This document shows, piece by piece, positions 37,567 through 45,870 of a stretch of DNA of 54,511 nt. The DNA lies in assembly GCA_047616505.1 (NCBI GenBank), contig JBLHGI010000003.1:1-54511 (forward strand). Direction: 5' to 3'. The position numbers and the translations under genes are program-made. How positions within the stretch are numbered: the stretch's first letter is position 1; every line of letters starts with the position of its first letter. The notes below the pieces were generated by a model, which saw nothing but the letters and a program-made list of their open reading frames with translations, was not told the DNA's origin and searched no databases. The DNA is from Planctomycetota bacterium (lineage in GTDB: Bacteria; Latescibacterota; UBA2968; UBA8231).

Positions 37567-38793
37567 TCATTTCCAAAAACCCGACACGGCACCCTCGCGC
37601 GCTACCATTCGCTCTAGGGCCAACAAATTGCGCATCACACAGCGCGGGTGGTGATAGTTTTCCTGGCGCGTCACATGTTCGACAAAACTCACTTTGCGAT
37701 CACCGCTGTACAAGTAGAGCGGGAACCCGTGCTGTTCCAGTGAAAATTTAGCTTCTACATAATCAAAAGTGCGCTCAAACCAGAACGCCGGCCAGTCCCA
37801 GTCCGTATGCTCCATCAGAATGAGACAGCCGATCATCACCTCTTCCTGTAGCCACAGCACCTTGTCGTACTCATAGGCCCCGTGTACATTGAGCGCGCGC
37901 AAAAAACCGCCGTAGACATCGTCCCATGAGACTTCTAAATGACGACGAAAACGCTCGGCGGCCAAATCGAAGAGCACCCGATCGCCTCGACGCATCGCTT
38001 CGGGTAGCAGCATCCACAGCGTTTCGATCGCGTGCCCTAGGTAGATAAACGACTCGTTGGCATCGTCGGGGCGCGAGTAGTCGTGTGCCAACGCTTCGTT
38101 GGTCAGCTGATATTCATCGTTCCAGTAGCGGTTGACGATGGCATCAACCACGCGCTCGGCCAGCGCCTCCAGCTGCGCATCCTCTATCTGTTCTAGCATT
38201 TGCGTCAAAGTCAGGATGAGCACCATATGGCTACCCAACGGCCGCTGCCCCTGGTAACTGAGCGGTATATACCCCTCCTCGACAAAACGATCGGGATCAT
38301 CGAATAGCTCCAGCCCGCGCCACAGTGTATCGAGTGCTATCTGCATGGCTTCGGCATCACCCGTAGCATGCGCATAGGCCTGCATACCCTCCGCCACAAA
38401 GAGCGTCGCATAACCGCGCGGCGTAGCCGGTGACTCAAGCTCGCCGACGCGATTCAAACTCTGCACCCAGTCGCCGTTTTGGTCGCGGCCGTGGCGCAGC
38501 AAGAAATCTTTAGCCTTGCTCGCCACCTCCAGATGTTCCTCGCCGCCGAAGTGGCGGTATAAATAGGAATAAGTCCACAAACCGCGCCCCTGATACCACA
38601 TGTATTTGCTATCGCTAGAGCGCGTGCCGTCGTGGTCGATCGCGCACATAAAACCACCCAATTCGTGGTCGATGCCGTGTCGATGCCAAAAGGGTAGGTA
38701 TTCCCCAAACAAGTACTGCTGGTAGTGGTCACGCAGCGATTTTAAGCTGTGGCGACCAATGTGGGTTCGGGACATGTCCATCTCCAAATGCAA
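37567..38793 (-). CDS. AGE-family (N-acylglucosamine 2-epimerase-like) epimerase
   Basis: LPFW...GIDHELGGF, KYMWYQGR, GHAIE.LW, WDDVYGG, KVLWLQEE, YHHPR. Confidence 0.88.
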   Translation of the reverse strand: MHLEMDMSRTHIGRHSLKSLRDHYQQYLFGEYLPFWHRHGIDHELGGFMCAIDHDGTRSSDSKYMWYQGRGLWTYSYLYRHFGGEEHLEVASKAKDFLLRHGRDQNGDWVQSLNRVGELESPATPRGYATLFVAEGMQAYAHATGDAEAMQIALDTLWRGLELFDDPDRFVEEGYIPLSYQGQRPLGSHMVLILTLTQMLEQIEDAQLEALAERVVDAIVNRYWNDEYQLTNEALAHDYSRPDDANESFIYLGHAIETLWMLLPEAMRRGDRVLFDLAAERFRRHLEVSWDDVYGGFLRALNVHGAYEYDKVLWLQEEVMIGCLILMEHTDWDWPAFWFERTFDYVEAKFSLEQHGFPLYLYSGDRKVSFVEHVTRQENYHHPRCVMRNLLALERMVAREGAVSGFWK

Positions 38794-38850
38794 AAACCGA
38801 CCCCAGGAGGCCGGCTCATTTTAGCACATCGATAGAGGTTTATAGGAACA

Positions 38851-39351
38851 TCAGCGGACGCCTTGCCCTTTTTGTACAACGACCTGACGCGCCAACTCAT
38901 CTACGACTTCCTCAATAGGCACCTTACCCACTTCCCACTGCCCAACGACGACATAGAAAGTGAGGTCCTGATCGGCGGCCGATTCGTGCAGTTGTTCAAT
39001 CTTGCCCTCGGCGACACCGATATCCGAGTCAAAGAGGATGACGATCTCGTCACCCGAATACCAGCGCGCGACTACGTCACTGCGGCGAAAGGGCACCGAA
39101 AATGTTTCTTTGACACGGCGATCCACTTCGCTATAGCCATATTTTTCGTTGAGCTCATGGATCTTGTTCAAATCGATAAAGGCGAGACAACGCGTATCGC
39201 GCGGCATCACGTGACAGAACTTCAAGAAAGCCCCACGGGTCCACATGCCGAAAGTGCTGTCCCAGCTCAGCTCTTTGATCTGATGGCGCAATTCGCGGAT
39301 TTCCGCGTCGTAACCAAAGAGTTTGCCGACCAATTGTTTTAACACATGCAC
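38851..39351 (-). CDS. Small stand-alone GGDEF-like protein, degenerate
   Basis: WDSTFGMWTRGAF, FIDLNKIHELNEKYGY, RRSDVVARWYSGDEIVIL. Confidence 0.75.
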   Translation of the reverse strand: MHVLKQLVGKLFGYDAEIRELRHQIKELSWDSTFGMWTRGAFLKFCHVMPRDTRCLAFIDLNKIHELNEKYGYSEVDRRVKETFSVPFRRSDVVARWYSGDEIVILFDSDIGVAEGKIEQLHESAADQDLTFYVVVGQWEVGKVPIEEVVDELARQVVVQKGQGVR

Positions 39352-39442
39352 CTCTCATTTTCCCGCCCGCCGTTAAAACGAGCACCACTATATAATAGTG
39401 TTAGGGAAAAGCTGCCTCAAGCCCGAAAAAAATCCAGCGCCT

Positions 39443-40804
39443 TTACAGCGCAAAGGCTGCTGGTCCAGGACGGCTAAAAAAGTAGAGTGCCTTTTCGGCC
39501 CGTTGCGAATGCGCCGCCCTATAAGCCTTCTCCCACGCCTGCAAGAACGTTTCGGCTCGTTCACTGTGCACCAAGGCCCAAACGCCGCCACCAAAACCCG
39601 CGCCAAAAGCCGATGCCGCCAGAGCACCCTCTTCGCAGGCCAAGCGCGCCATGTCTTCCGTCTCGGCAATTTGGTTGCCGAGGACCTCTACGCCCATGCG
39701 CTGTGAGCGCCGTATTTGTTCTGCGAAAACCTCGACATGGGCACTGGCCAGCGCTACGGCAGCCGCGTCTATTATTTCCCCGTCTTCTACGAGAAAATGG
39801 CGCAGTCGCTGCGTCAACTCGGCAGCGGAATAGGTCGCACCAGACACGTCGGCCAAGATCGCTTCGAGCTGTGCTGCCGCCTCCGGCCCCGATCCCAGCA
39901 CATCGGCCAAATACACTTCACTCCCTCCCATGGCGGTACGCCAAGCCTCGACGATCGCCCCCACTTGCAGCGCGGCGCGGTTGTAGAGTTCCTGCGCCGC
40001 CCCCGTCTTTTCGGCCACAACACCACAAAAGCCCACGGCAAAAACATAGTCTTCTGGTAGGTCAATTCGCCGTTCTAACCGCGCCGGACAGTAGGCGAAT
40101 TGACCTAATTGACCTGGTTGGGAGCAGAGGATCGCCGTGTGGTCTTCGCTGCCACCAAAGGTGCCCACACCCCGATCTCCTGCTAACTCACCGAAACTCT
40201 GACCGTTTTCCACCGTGCCCAAATAAGCCGCCAGCGCTAGGTCCTCTCGAATATTGCGACGATATATTTCTCGCTCGTGCAGGCCGTTGCGCGCGGCCAA
40301 TACGAGATAGGTCGCCACCATAAAAGCGCTGGAGCTACTCATGCCAGCCGCCGCGGGCAGATCGCTTAGAAAGGCGATATCGACCCCGCGTAAATCACCA
40401 AAATTGCGCGCCAAACGCCGCATCACCGTCATCGGATAATTGGCCCACCCGCTCTCTGGCACGACCAAGTCGGCGGCTAATTCGCAGTCTATGCACTCGT
40501 CTTGCTCCACCGCCGTCACCGTCACACGCGTATCTTCTCGCGCCGCTGCCACCATGCAAAAACCGCGCTCTACCGCCGTTACAATACTGCGACCCCCCGC
40601 ATAGTCCGTATGTTTGCCGAGCACCTCAATGCGCCCCGGCACAAAAAATGCGTACACCACGCTCTCGGATGCCATACCGCGCTGGACCAACGCCTCGGCA
40701 GCACGGGAAAAGAGCGGCGACTTGGCCTCGGCCGCCGCCGCCGAAAGCCCACCTCGCTCTAGCGCCGCCCGCGCCGCGCCAGCCAGCAATTCTCCCCCTG
40801 TCAC
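39443..40804 (-). CDS. Galactokinase-like GHMP sugar kinase
   Basis: PGRIEVLGKHTDYAGG, WANYP, SDLPAAAGMSSSSA, GAGFGG. Confidence 0.88.
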   Translation of the reverse strand: MTGGELLAGAARAALERGGLSAAAAEAKSPLFSRAAEALVQRGMASESVVYAFFVPGRIEVLGKHTDYAGGRSIVTAVERGFCMVAAAREDTRVTVTAVEQDECIDCELAADLVVPESGWANYPMTVMRRLARNFGDLRGVDIAFLSDLPAAAGMSSSSAFMVATYLVLAARNGLHEREIYRRNIREDLALAAYLGTVENGQSFGELAGDRGVGTFGGSEDHTAILCSQPGQLGQFAYCPARLERRIDLPEDYVFAVGFCGVVAEKTGAAQELYNRAALQVGAIVEAWRTAMGGSEVYLADVLGSGPEAAAQLEAILADVSGATYSAAELTQRLRHFLVEDGEIIDAAAVALASAHVEVFAEQIRRSQRMGVEVLGNQIAETEDMARLACEEGALAASAFGAGFGGGVWALVHSERAETFLQAWEKAYRAAHSQRAEKALYFFSRPGPAAFAL

Positions 40805-41610
40805 AGGAGCACCTCCTTGTCCTGTAAACGCTGCGCTACCGCCTGCACGTCACCCTGATCGGAGAGATCCAGCACGGCCGCTGCAAAAATACGCACGGCA
40901 AAGCGCACTCCCAGGTGGTCTATGGCATATTGCACGGCATCGGGCAGTTCAAATTCTCCGCGTGCCGATACTTTGATCGCGCGACAGGCCTCAAAGATGC
41001 GCGCGTCAAAGCGCCAGCAATTCATGCCAACGCCCAGAGGCCCTTTGAGCCCTTGTAGCATCTCGGCCTCCGGCTTTTCGATGATCTGCCGTAAAAAACC
41101 GTCTTCGCCCGCTTCGACAACGGCGAATTTCAATAGACGCTCAGCGGTGATATTGCCCTGACTAAGCATGCTGTCACGAGCAAAAGCTGCCAAGCCCGGT
41201 CCTTCCATAGCACGCAAACCCGCCAACGCCTCCACCGGGTAATAGTTGTCGGAGTTGACGATGGCAAAGGCATCATCGCCGGCAAAGACCTCGGCGGCAA
41301 CGACGGCATCCGCCGTGCCGCGCGGTTGCTCTTGTACGGCAAATTCTATTTCTAGCCGCTCACAGTGCAGCTCTTCGCCGCAGTAGCGCCGCAAAGCATC
41401 GTGTTCCGGTCCAATAACTAGGCAAACGCGGCGATACCCCGCCTCGGCCAACGCGCCCAGCGCATAGTCGAGGAACGGACGCCCGATAGGCATGAGCGCC
41501 TTGATGCCCGTTGCAGCCACTGCGGCCTGCTCCGCGTCGAGATGAGCCTGTGAATTTACGGCGCGCATGCGCGTGCCCAGACCCCGAGCCATAATAACTG
41601 CTTTATCCAT
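40801..41610 (-). CDS. Sugar-phosphate nucleotidyltransferase
   Basis: KAVIMARGLGTRMR, KALMPIGRPFLDY, QEQPRGTADAV, NSDNYY, IIEKP, SARGEFELPDAV; GTGA overlap with the kinase. Confidence 0.9.
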   Translation of the reverse strand: MDKAVIMARGLGTRMRAVNSQAHLDAEQAAVAATGIKALMPIGRPFLDYALGALAEAGYRRVCLVIGPEHDALRRYCGEELHCERLEIEFAVQEQPRGTADAVVAAEVFAGDDAFAIVNSDNYYPVEALAGLRAMEGPGLAAFARDSMLSQGNITAERLLKFAVVEAGEDGFLRQIIEKPEAEMLQGLKGPLGVGMNCWRFDARIFEACRAIKVSARGEFELPDAVQYAIDHLGVRFAVRIFAAAVLDLSDQGDVQAVAQRLQDKEVLL

Positions 41611-41627
41611 ACTCCCCTATTATATCG

Positions 41628-42635
41628 TTACGGTGCGCGAAAACGCGAGGCGCCATCGTCGTCCGTCAGCTCTAGTTTAGCCGTGCCCTTGTCGTCTAAG
41701 TGCAGCGTCGCACGCGTGCGACCGTCCTCATCGTACAGGTCTATACGAGGCCGTCCATCCTGGCGCGTACCCATGCCAGCGCGAAAGCGCTGGCGACTAT
41801 CGAGCAAACCCATCCAGGCAAGCCCCTCGTCCAGTACACCGATCATCGTGCGCGTGCTACCGGCCTCGTCGCGCAGTTCGAGCAGACACATGCCATCGGC
41901 GCGCACGCGCAACGAAGCGCGAGACCGGCCGCTGGCATCCTGTAGTTTTAGCTCGGGTGCATCCTCGTCTCCCAAGCCCTGCTGAAAACGGATGCGCCCC
42001 TCTGCGTCCATGAAACTGAGCATCATGCCACCGTTTTTACCCGGACCTAAACCGGCGCGCGGTTGTCCATCCGCTCCGTAAAAACCCAGCCCCGGCGCCC
42101 CGTCCTCGCCCAGCGCCAAACTCGCTCGCACCGTACCCTCGTCATCACACAGTTCCAATAGAGGAGCCCCGTCCAACCCGACGAGTAGGCGCAGACGGGG
42201 CTGTCCCTCATCGTCGCACAAAACGAGCCCACCTCCCTCTAGCTGCAAACCTAGCTGTAATTGTACTTCCCCCCCCACATTGCGCAGCTCAATGCCTTTC
42301 TCAGCCGACAAACGCATGCGTTCGCGACCGCTGCCATCGCGCAGCACGAGGGCCTGCCCCTCTAAGAGCGGCGGGCGCAATTTGCGCCAGAGTATAAAGA
42401 GCGCCAAGAGCACCACCAGGGCCAACCCTCCGAGGTAGACCGTGCGCTCCAACGCCTTCTGTCGCTGCGCCATCTGCTCTAGAGCGACAGAGAGTTCCTG
42501 CACTGTAGGCGGGCGATGCGGGCGCACGGGCACAGAGCTAGCGGCCTCCTGTGCGGTCGTCGGAACAACGGACAGCCACACAAAAAACAAGAAGATCGTT
42601 CGGCCCAATGCCCGTTGTATGCGATTGATAAGCAT
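41628..42635 (-). CDS. Membrane-anchored protein with about eleven 23-aa beta repeats
   Basis: Signal-like N-terminus, short coiled coil, TM helix, then repeats L.L.D..G..R..L.[LV]..DG.P; start uncertain. Confidence 0.75.
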   Translation of the reverse strand: MLINRIQRALGRTIFLFFVWLSVVPTTAQEAASSVPVRPHRPPTVQELSVALEQMAQRQKALERTVYLGGLALVVLLALFILWRKLRPPLLEGQALVLRDGSGRERMRLSAEKGIELRNVGGEVQLQLGLQLEGGGLVLCDDEGQPRLRLLVGLDGAPLLELCDDEGTVRASLALGEDGAPGLGFYGADGQPRAGLGPGKNGGMMLSFMDAEGRIRFQQGLGDEDAPELKLQDASGRSRASLRVRADGMCLLELRDEAGSTRTMIGVLDEGLAWMGLLDSRQRFRAGMGTRQDGRPRIDLYDEDGRTRATLHLDDKGTAKLELTDDDGASRFRAP

Positions 42636-42711
42636 GCGTGCTTTCTCTATAATCCTTCTGATGATAAAACCTGACCTCTTTCCCTGCAAGCACACCCTAC
42701 GGACCTGAGCT

Positions 42712-44706
42712 ATGCCCCCATCTTTCGATCTGTCTCTTTTGCCCGCTGCCCAATGCCAGTTTACCGTCGTCTCCGATACGCACTATATGATCGACCCGGG
42801 TCGTGCGCCGCTCGAATTCGAATCGCGCCGCCACCAAAGTGGCCGCGCCCTAGCCGCGCTACAGCTGGCCGCCGCACTGCCAAACGATTTCGCCATACAC
42901 TTAGGCGATCTCGTGCAGGAATACCCGGACACACCCAACTTTGCGCGCGCCCTCGATGAGGCCCTGGAGCAATTGCGCGCCAGCGGTTTTACACCCCGCC
43001 ACGTCGCCGGCAACCACGACGTCGGCGACAAACCCGACCCTGCAATGCCCACGCACCCGGTCGATGCCGAGGTGCTCGACCTATATCACCAGCGCTTCGG
43101 CCCTTCGCACTACGCCTTCGACTGCGGCCCCCTGCGCGCCATCGTGCTCAATTCGCAGACCTTTAACACCGCGCTAGCCAGCCAACAGCGCACCTTCTTT
43201 GAAGGCGAACTACAGACCCATACCGACCGCCGCCTAGTCGTATTTCTGCACATGCCTCCTTATTTGTGGAACCCGACCGAACCGCATCAGGGCCACTACG
43301 ATAATATCGGCGAGCCCGATCGCAGCTGGCTCTTAGAGCTCCTGGTGCGCTACGGCGTAGAAATGCTGTTCTGCGGTCACGTGCATTTCTCTTTTTTTGA
43401 TCACCTGCGCAACACGCGTCTGCTCGTCTGCCCCTCTACTTCCTTCACCCGCCCCGGCTTTGGACACCTCTTTGCCAGCCCCAGTGCCCCCGAGCAGGGC
43501 CGCGACGACCAAGCCAAACTAGGCTTCTACTTTTGCCGTCTAGTCGGCGATCGCATCGACCGGCACCTAGTGCGCACGCACGGCGACGAAGACCTAGAGC
43601 AAAGCGAGACGTGCCAAAATGGGACACGCAAAAACGCAACGTACTTTATCACGCGTGTACCCGCCGCTTTACAAGGAGCACCGCTAGGATTGACGCTGAC
43701 CCATCCACTCTGTTCCAGCGCGGAAGTGCCGATCACCTTCCCCTCCGTCGTGCGCCAACGCGTGCGCAACGACTACCCCTTCTTATCCTGCTTGGAGCTA
43801 GGTGCCACCAGCGTGCGCGCGCCGTGGACCGACCTCGAAGACCCGCTGCAAAAGCGCCGTTTGCACATGCTGCGCGCCGAAGGTGTCCGTGTACAAATAT
43901 TCGCGCCCGACTCTAGCGAACTAGACCTGCACTCCCTACTCGACCAACACCCGGACGCCGCCGACCTCTGGGAGCTGCAAATAGCCGGCAGCCCCTGGCC
44001 CGACCAGGCCTGTCTGCTCAAGTTGGCCGACTGCCACCGCCGCACGCGCCTGAGTCTCTCGCCCATACTGCCCGGCGAAAAGGTCTATGGCAAGCAGCAC
44101 CCGCGCACGCGCTTGGGGTTCACCATCGACGAGCTCGTCGAACTCAATGGCCTGCTGGCAGCAAACGAGCTCATACTCGACGCCGTTTGCTGTCGCATCG
44201 AAGGCGATAGCGGGCCGTGGCAAACTATAAATGCCTATAGCGCCCTGCCCGCATTGGCGCAGATCGGCCGCATCGACTGGCTCTTAAGCCTACCCCACTG
44301 CGACGATGAGGCCAATGCCCGTCTGGCCGCCGAAGCACTCTTTGCCACGGCGCGTCTGCCCGGCGCCCAGCTCTTTGTCGACCCCCCCCAAGACCTCGAC
44401 CGCACCATGGACGTGTGCCACGGCCTGCTCGACACCCGCTGCAATCCCAGGCCCGCCTTCCACGCTCTGCGCTCGCTCAATACGCTCTTGCACGTCCATA
44501 GGGGAACGGGGTTCACCGTGGGAGAAGGCTTGGAGTTATTTTCTGCTGGAAAGAGGCTGCAATTAATATTGGATGGAACGGGGCGAAAAACAGAGCCCAG
44601 TGGACAAAGCCGCGTATACGATCTCGTGCGCGGCACCGTAGGGACAGAGAAGAGTGTAGGGACAGAGGAGTCACTACGGCTAATCTGCGATGAGAGCGGA
44701 CCGTAA
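42712..44706 (+). CDS. Calcineurin-like metallophosphoesterase with long C-terminal extension
   Basis: SDTH, HLGDLV, AGNHDVG, FLHMP, FCGHVH. Confidence 0.85.
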   Translation: MPPSFDLSLLPAAQCQFTVVSDTHYMIDPGRAPLEFESRRHQSGRALAALQLAAALPNDFAIHLGDLVQEYPDTPNFARALDEALEQLRASGFTPRHVAGNHDVGDKPDPAMPTHPVDAEVLDLYHQRFGPSHYAFDCGPLRAIVLNSQTFNTALASQQRTFFEGELQTHTDRRLVVFLHMPPYLWNPTEPHQGHYDNIGEPDRSWLLELLVRYGVEMLFCGHVHFSFFDHLRNTRLLVCPSTSFTRPGFGHLFASPSAPEQGRDDQAKLGFYFCRLVGDRIDRHLVRTHGDEDLEQSETCQNGTRKNATYFITRVPAALQGAPLGLTLTHPLCSSAEVPITFPSVVRQRVRNDYPFLSCLELGATSVRAPWTDLEDPLQKRRLHMLRAEGVRVQIFAPDSSELDLHSLLDQHPDAADLWELQIAGSPWPDQACLLKLADCHRRTRLSLSPILPGEKVYGKQHPRTRLGFTIDELVELNGLLAANELILDAVCCRIEGDSGPWQTINAYSALPALAQIGRIDWLLSLPHCDDEANARLAAEALFATARLPGAQLFVDPPQDLDRTMDVCHGLLDTRCNPRPAFHALRSLNTLLHVHRGTGFTVGEGLELFSAGKRLQLILDGTGRKTEPSGQSRVYDLVRGTVGTEKSVGTEESLRLICDESGP

Positions 44707-44834
44707 TAGTTCTGCGAAATAGCGACATCACACGTGGAAAATGACCGTCTTTTGCCACGCCTACCGCTCATGACCTATACACGGCAAATAGCTATCTAAC
44801 GCACTCTAATACACTTATCGATATACCCTATCAT

Positions 44835-44850
44835 TGGCACATAACTTGCA
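44835..44850 (+). promoter_or_regulatory. Sigma54 promoter, perfect consensus
   Basis: TGGCAC-ATAAC-TTGCA in an AT-rich intergenic region; imperfect palindrome at 44733-44759 upstream. Confidence 0.8.
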
Positions 44851-44877
44851 TAGCTCCTCTACAAGGAGAATCGCACC

Positions 44878-44991
44878 GTGTCCAATACCGACAAACCCCC
44901 AACTAATTATATGAGTTTGGCCGCGCCCTGGCTGCTCTTCATAGCACTAATCGTGCTCTTTGGTCGCATAGTCCCAGCCCTATTCCGTTAG
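44878..44991 (+). CDS. Unannotated 37-aa single-TM small protein
   Basis: AAGGAG (44863-44868), GTG start, MSNTDKPPTNYMSLAAPWLLFIALIVLFGRIVPALFR*; immediately downstream of the sigma54 promoter. Confidence 0.7.
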   Translation: MSNTDKPPTNYMSLAAPWLLFIALIVLFGRIVPALFR

Positions 44992-45258
44992 GGGTTTGAT
45001 CGGCCAGCAATCGAGACCGATTCTTTAAGCCTGCCCCAATTCAACAGGCCGCTATGCTCGTTATCGAGTGTGCGCTAACGCATGGTCGCTCGCCAAGCCG
45101 GCAAATAATCCAGTAATCCCCAACTGCGAAACGAATATCCTTTGTCTCTGTTCGGCGAGCATATGCCCACCGCGCCCAACTCAGAGATTGCGCAACGAGC
45201 ACCCATTGCTATACTTGCCCTTATCTGACCTCTTCCACCTAAGACCGGCACAGCGATA

Positions 45259-45870
45259 GTGAAAGAAAAACGCATCCTCTTGCTCTTTGCCCATCCCGCC
45301 TACCACAAATCACGCGTCAACCGCCACCTGCTCGCTGCGGCTCAACAGGTAGAAGGGGTCCACATCCACGACCTCTACGAAGAATACCCCGACTTTCACA
45401 TAGACGTACCGCGCGAACAAAATCTGCTCTTGGAACACGATGTCGTGGTATTTCAACACCCCTTCTACTGGTACAGCTGTCCGGCCCTGCTCAAGGAGTG
45501 GCTCGATCTCGTGTTGCAGCACGGTTTTGCCTACGGCGACGAAGCCACGGCGCTGCACGGTAAATATCTGCTGACAGCAACGACCACCGGCGGCCGCGCA
45601 CACGTATATCAACGCGGCGGCATGAACCACTATACCATGCGCGAATTTCTCGTGCCCTTTGAGCGCACGGCCAGCCTGTGCGGCATGCGCTACCTGCCGC
45701 CCTTTATCGTACACGGCACGCGCGCGATCGACGGCGACGAAGAGCTAATCGACCGCGCACGCCAGTACGGCGAAATTCTCACGCGGCTGCGTGACGGCGC
45801 CATAGATCCAGACGCCCTCAAACTCGACTATCTAAACGATCTACTAGGAGAAACAAACTCCGATGCATAG
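45259..45870 (+). CDS. kefG: KefG/KefF-type NAD(P)H oxidoreductase, ancillary to K+ efflux
   Basis: LLFAHP, HDLYEEYPDFHIDVPREQ, FQHPFYWYSCPALLKEWLD. Confidence 0.88.
   Translation: MKEKRILLLFAHPAYHKSRVNRHLLAAAQQVEGVHIHDLYEEYPDFHIDVPREQNLLLEHDVVVFQHPFYWYSCPALLKEWLDLVLQHGFAYGDEATALHGKYLLTATTTGGRAHVYQRGGMNHYTMREFLVPFERTASLCGMRYLPPFIVHGTRAIDGDEELIDRARQYGEILTRLRDGAIDPDALKLDYLNDLLGETNSDA

Noticed and set aside
43600-43630. TGGCAC on the minus strand as a sigma54 site
   Set aside because: Spacing to TTGC is wrong and it lies inside a CDS
44638-44672. Short duplication gtagggacagag in the phosphoesterase 3' end
   Set aside because: Two copies only, in frame (VGTEKS/VGTEES); no evidence of a mobile or regulatory element
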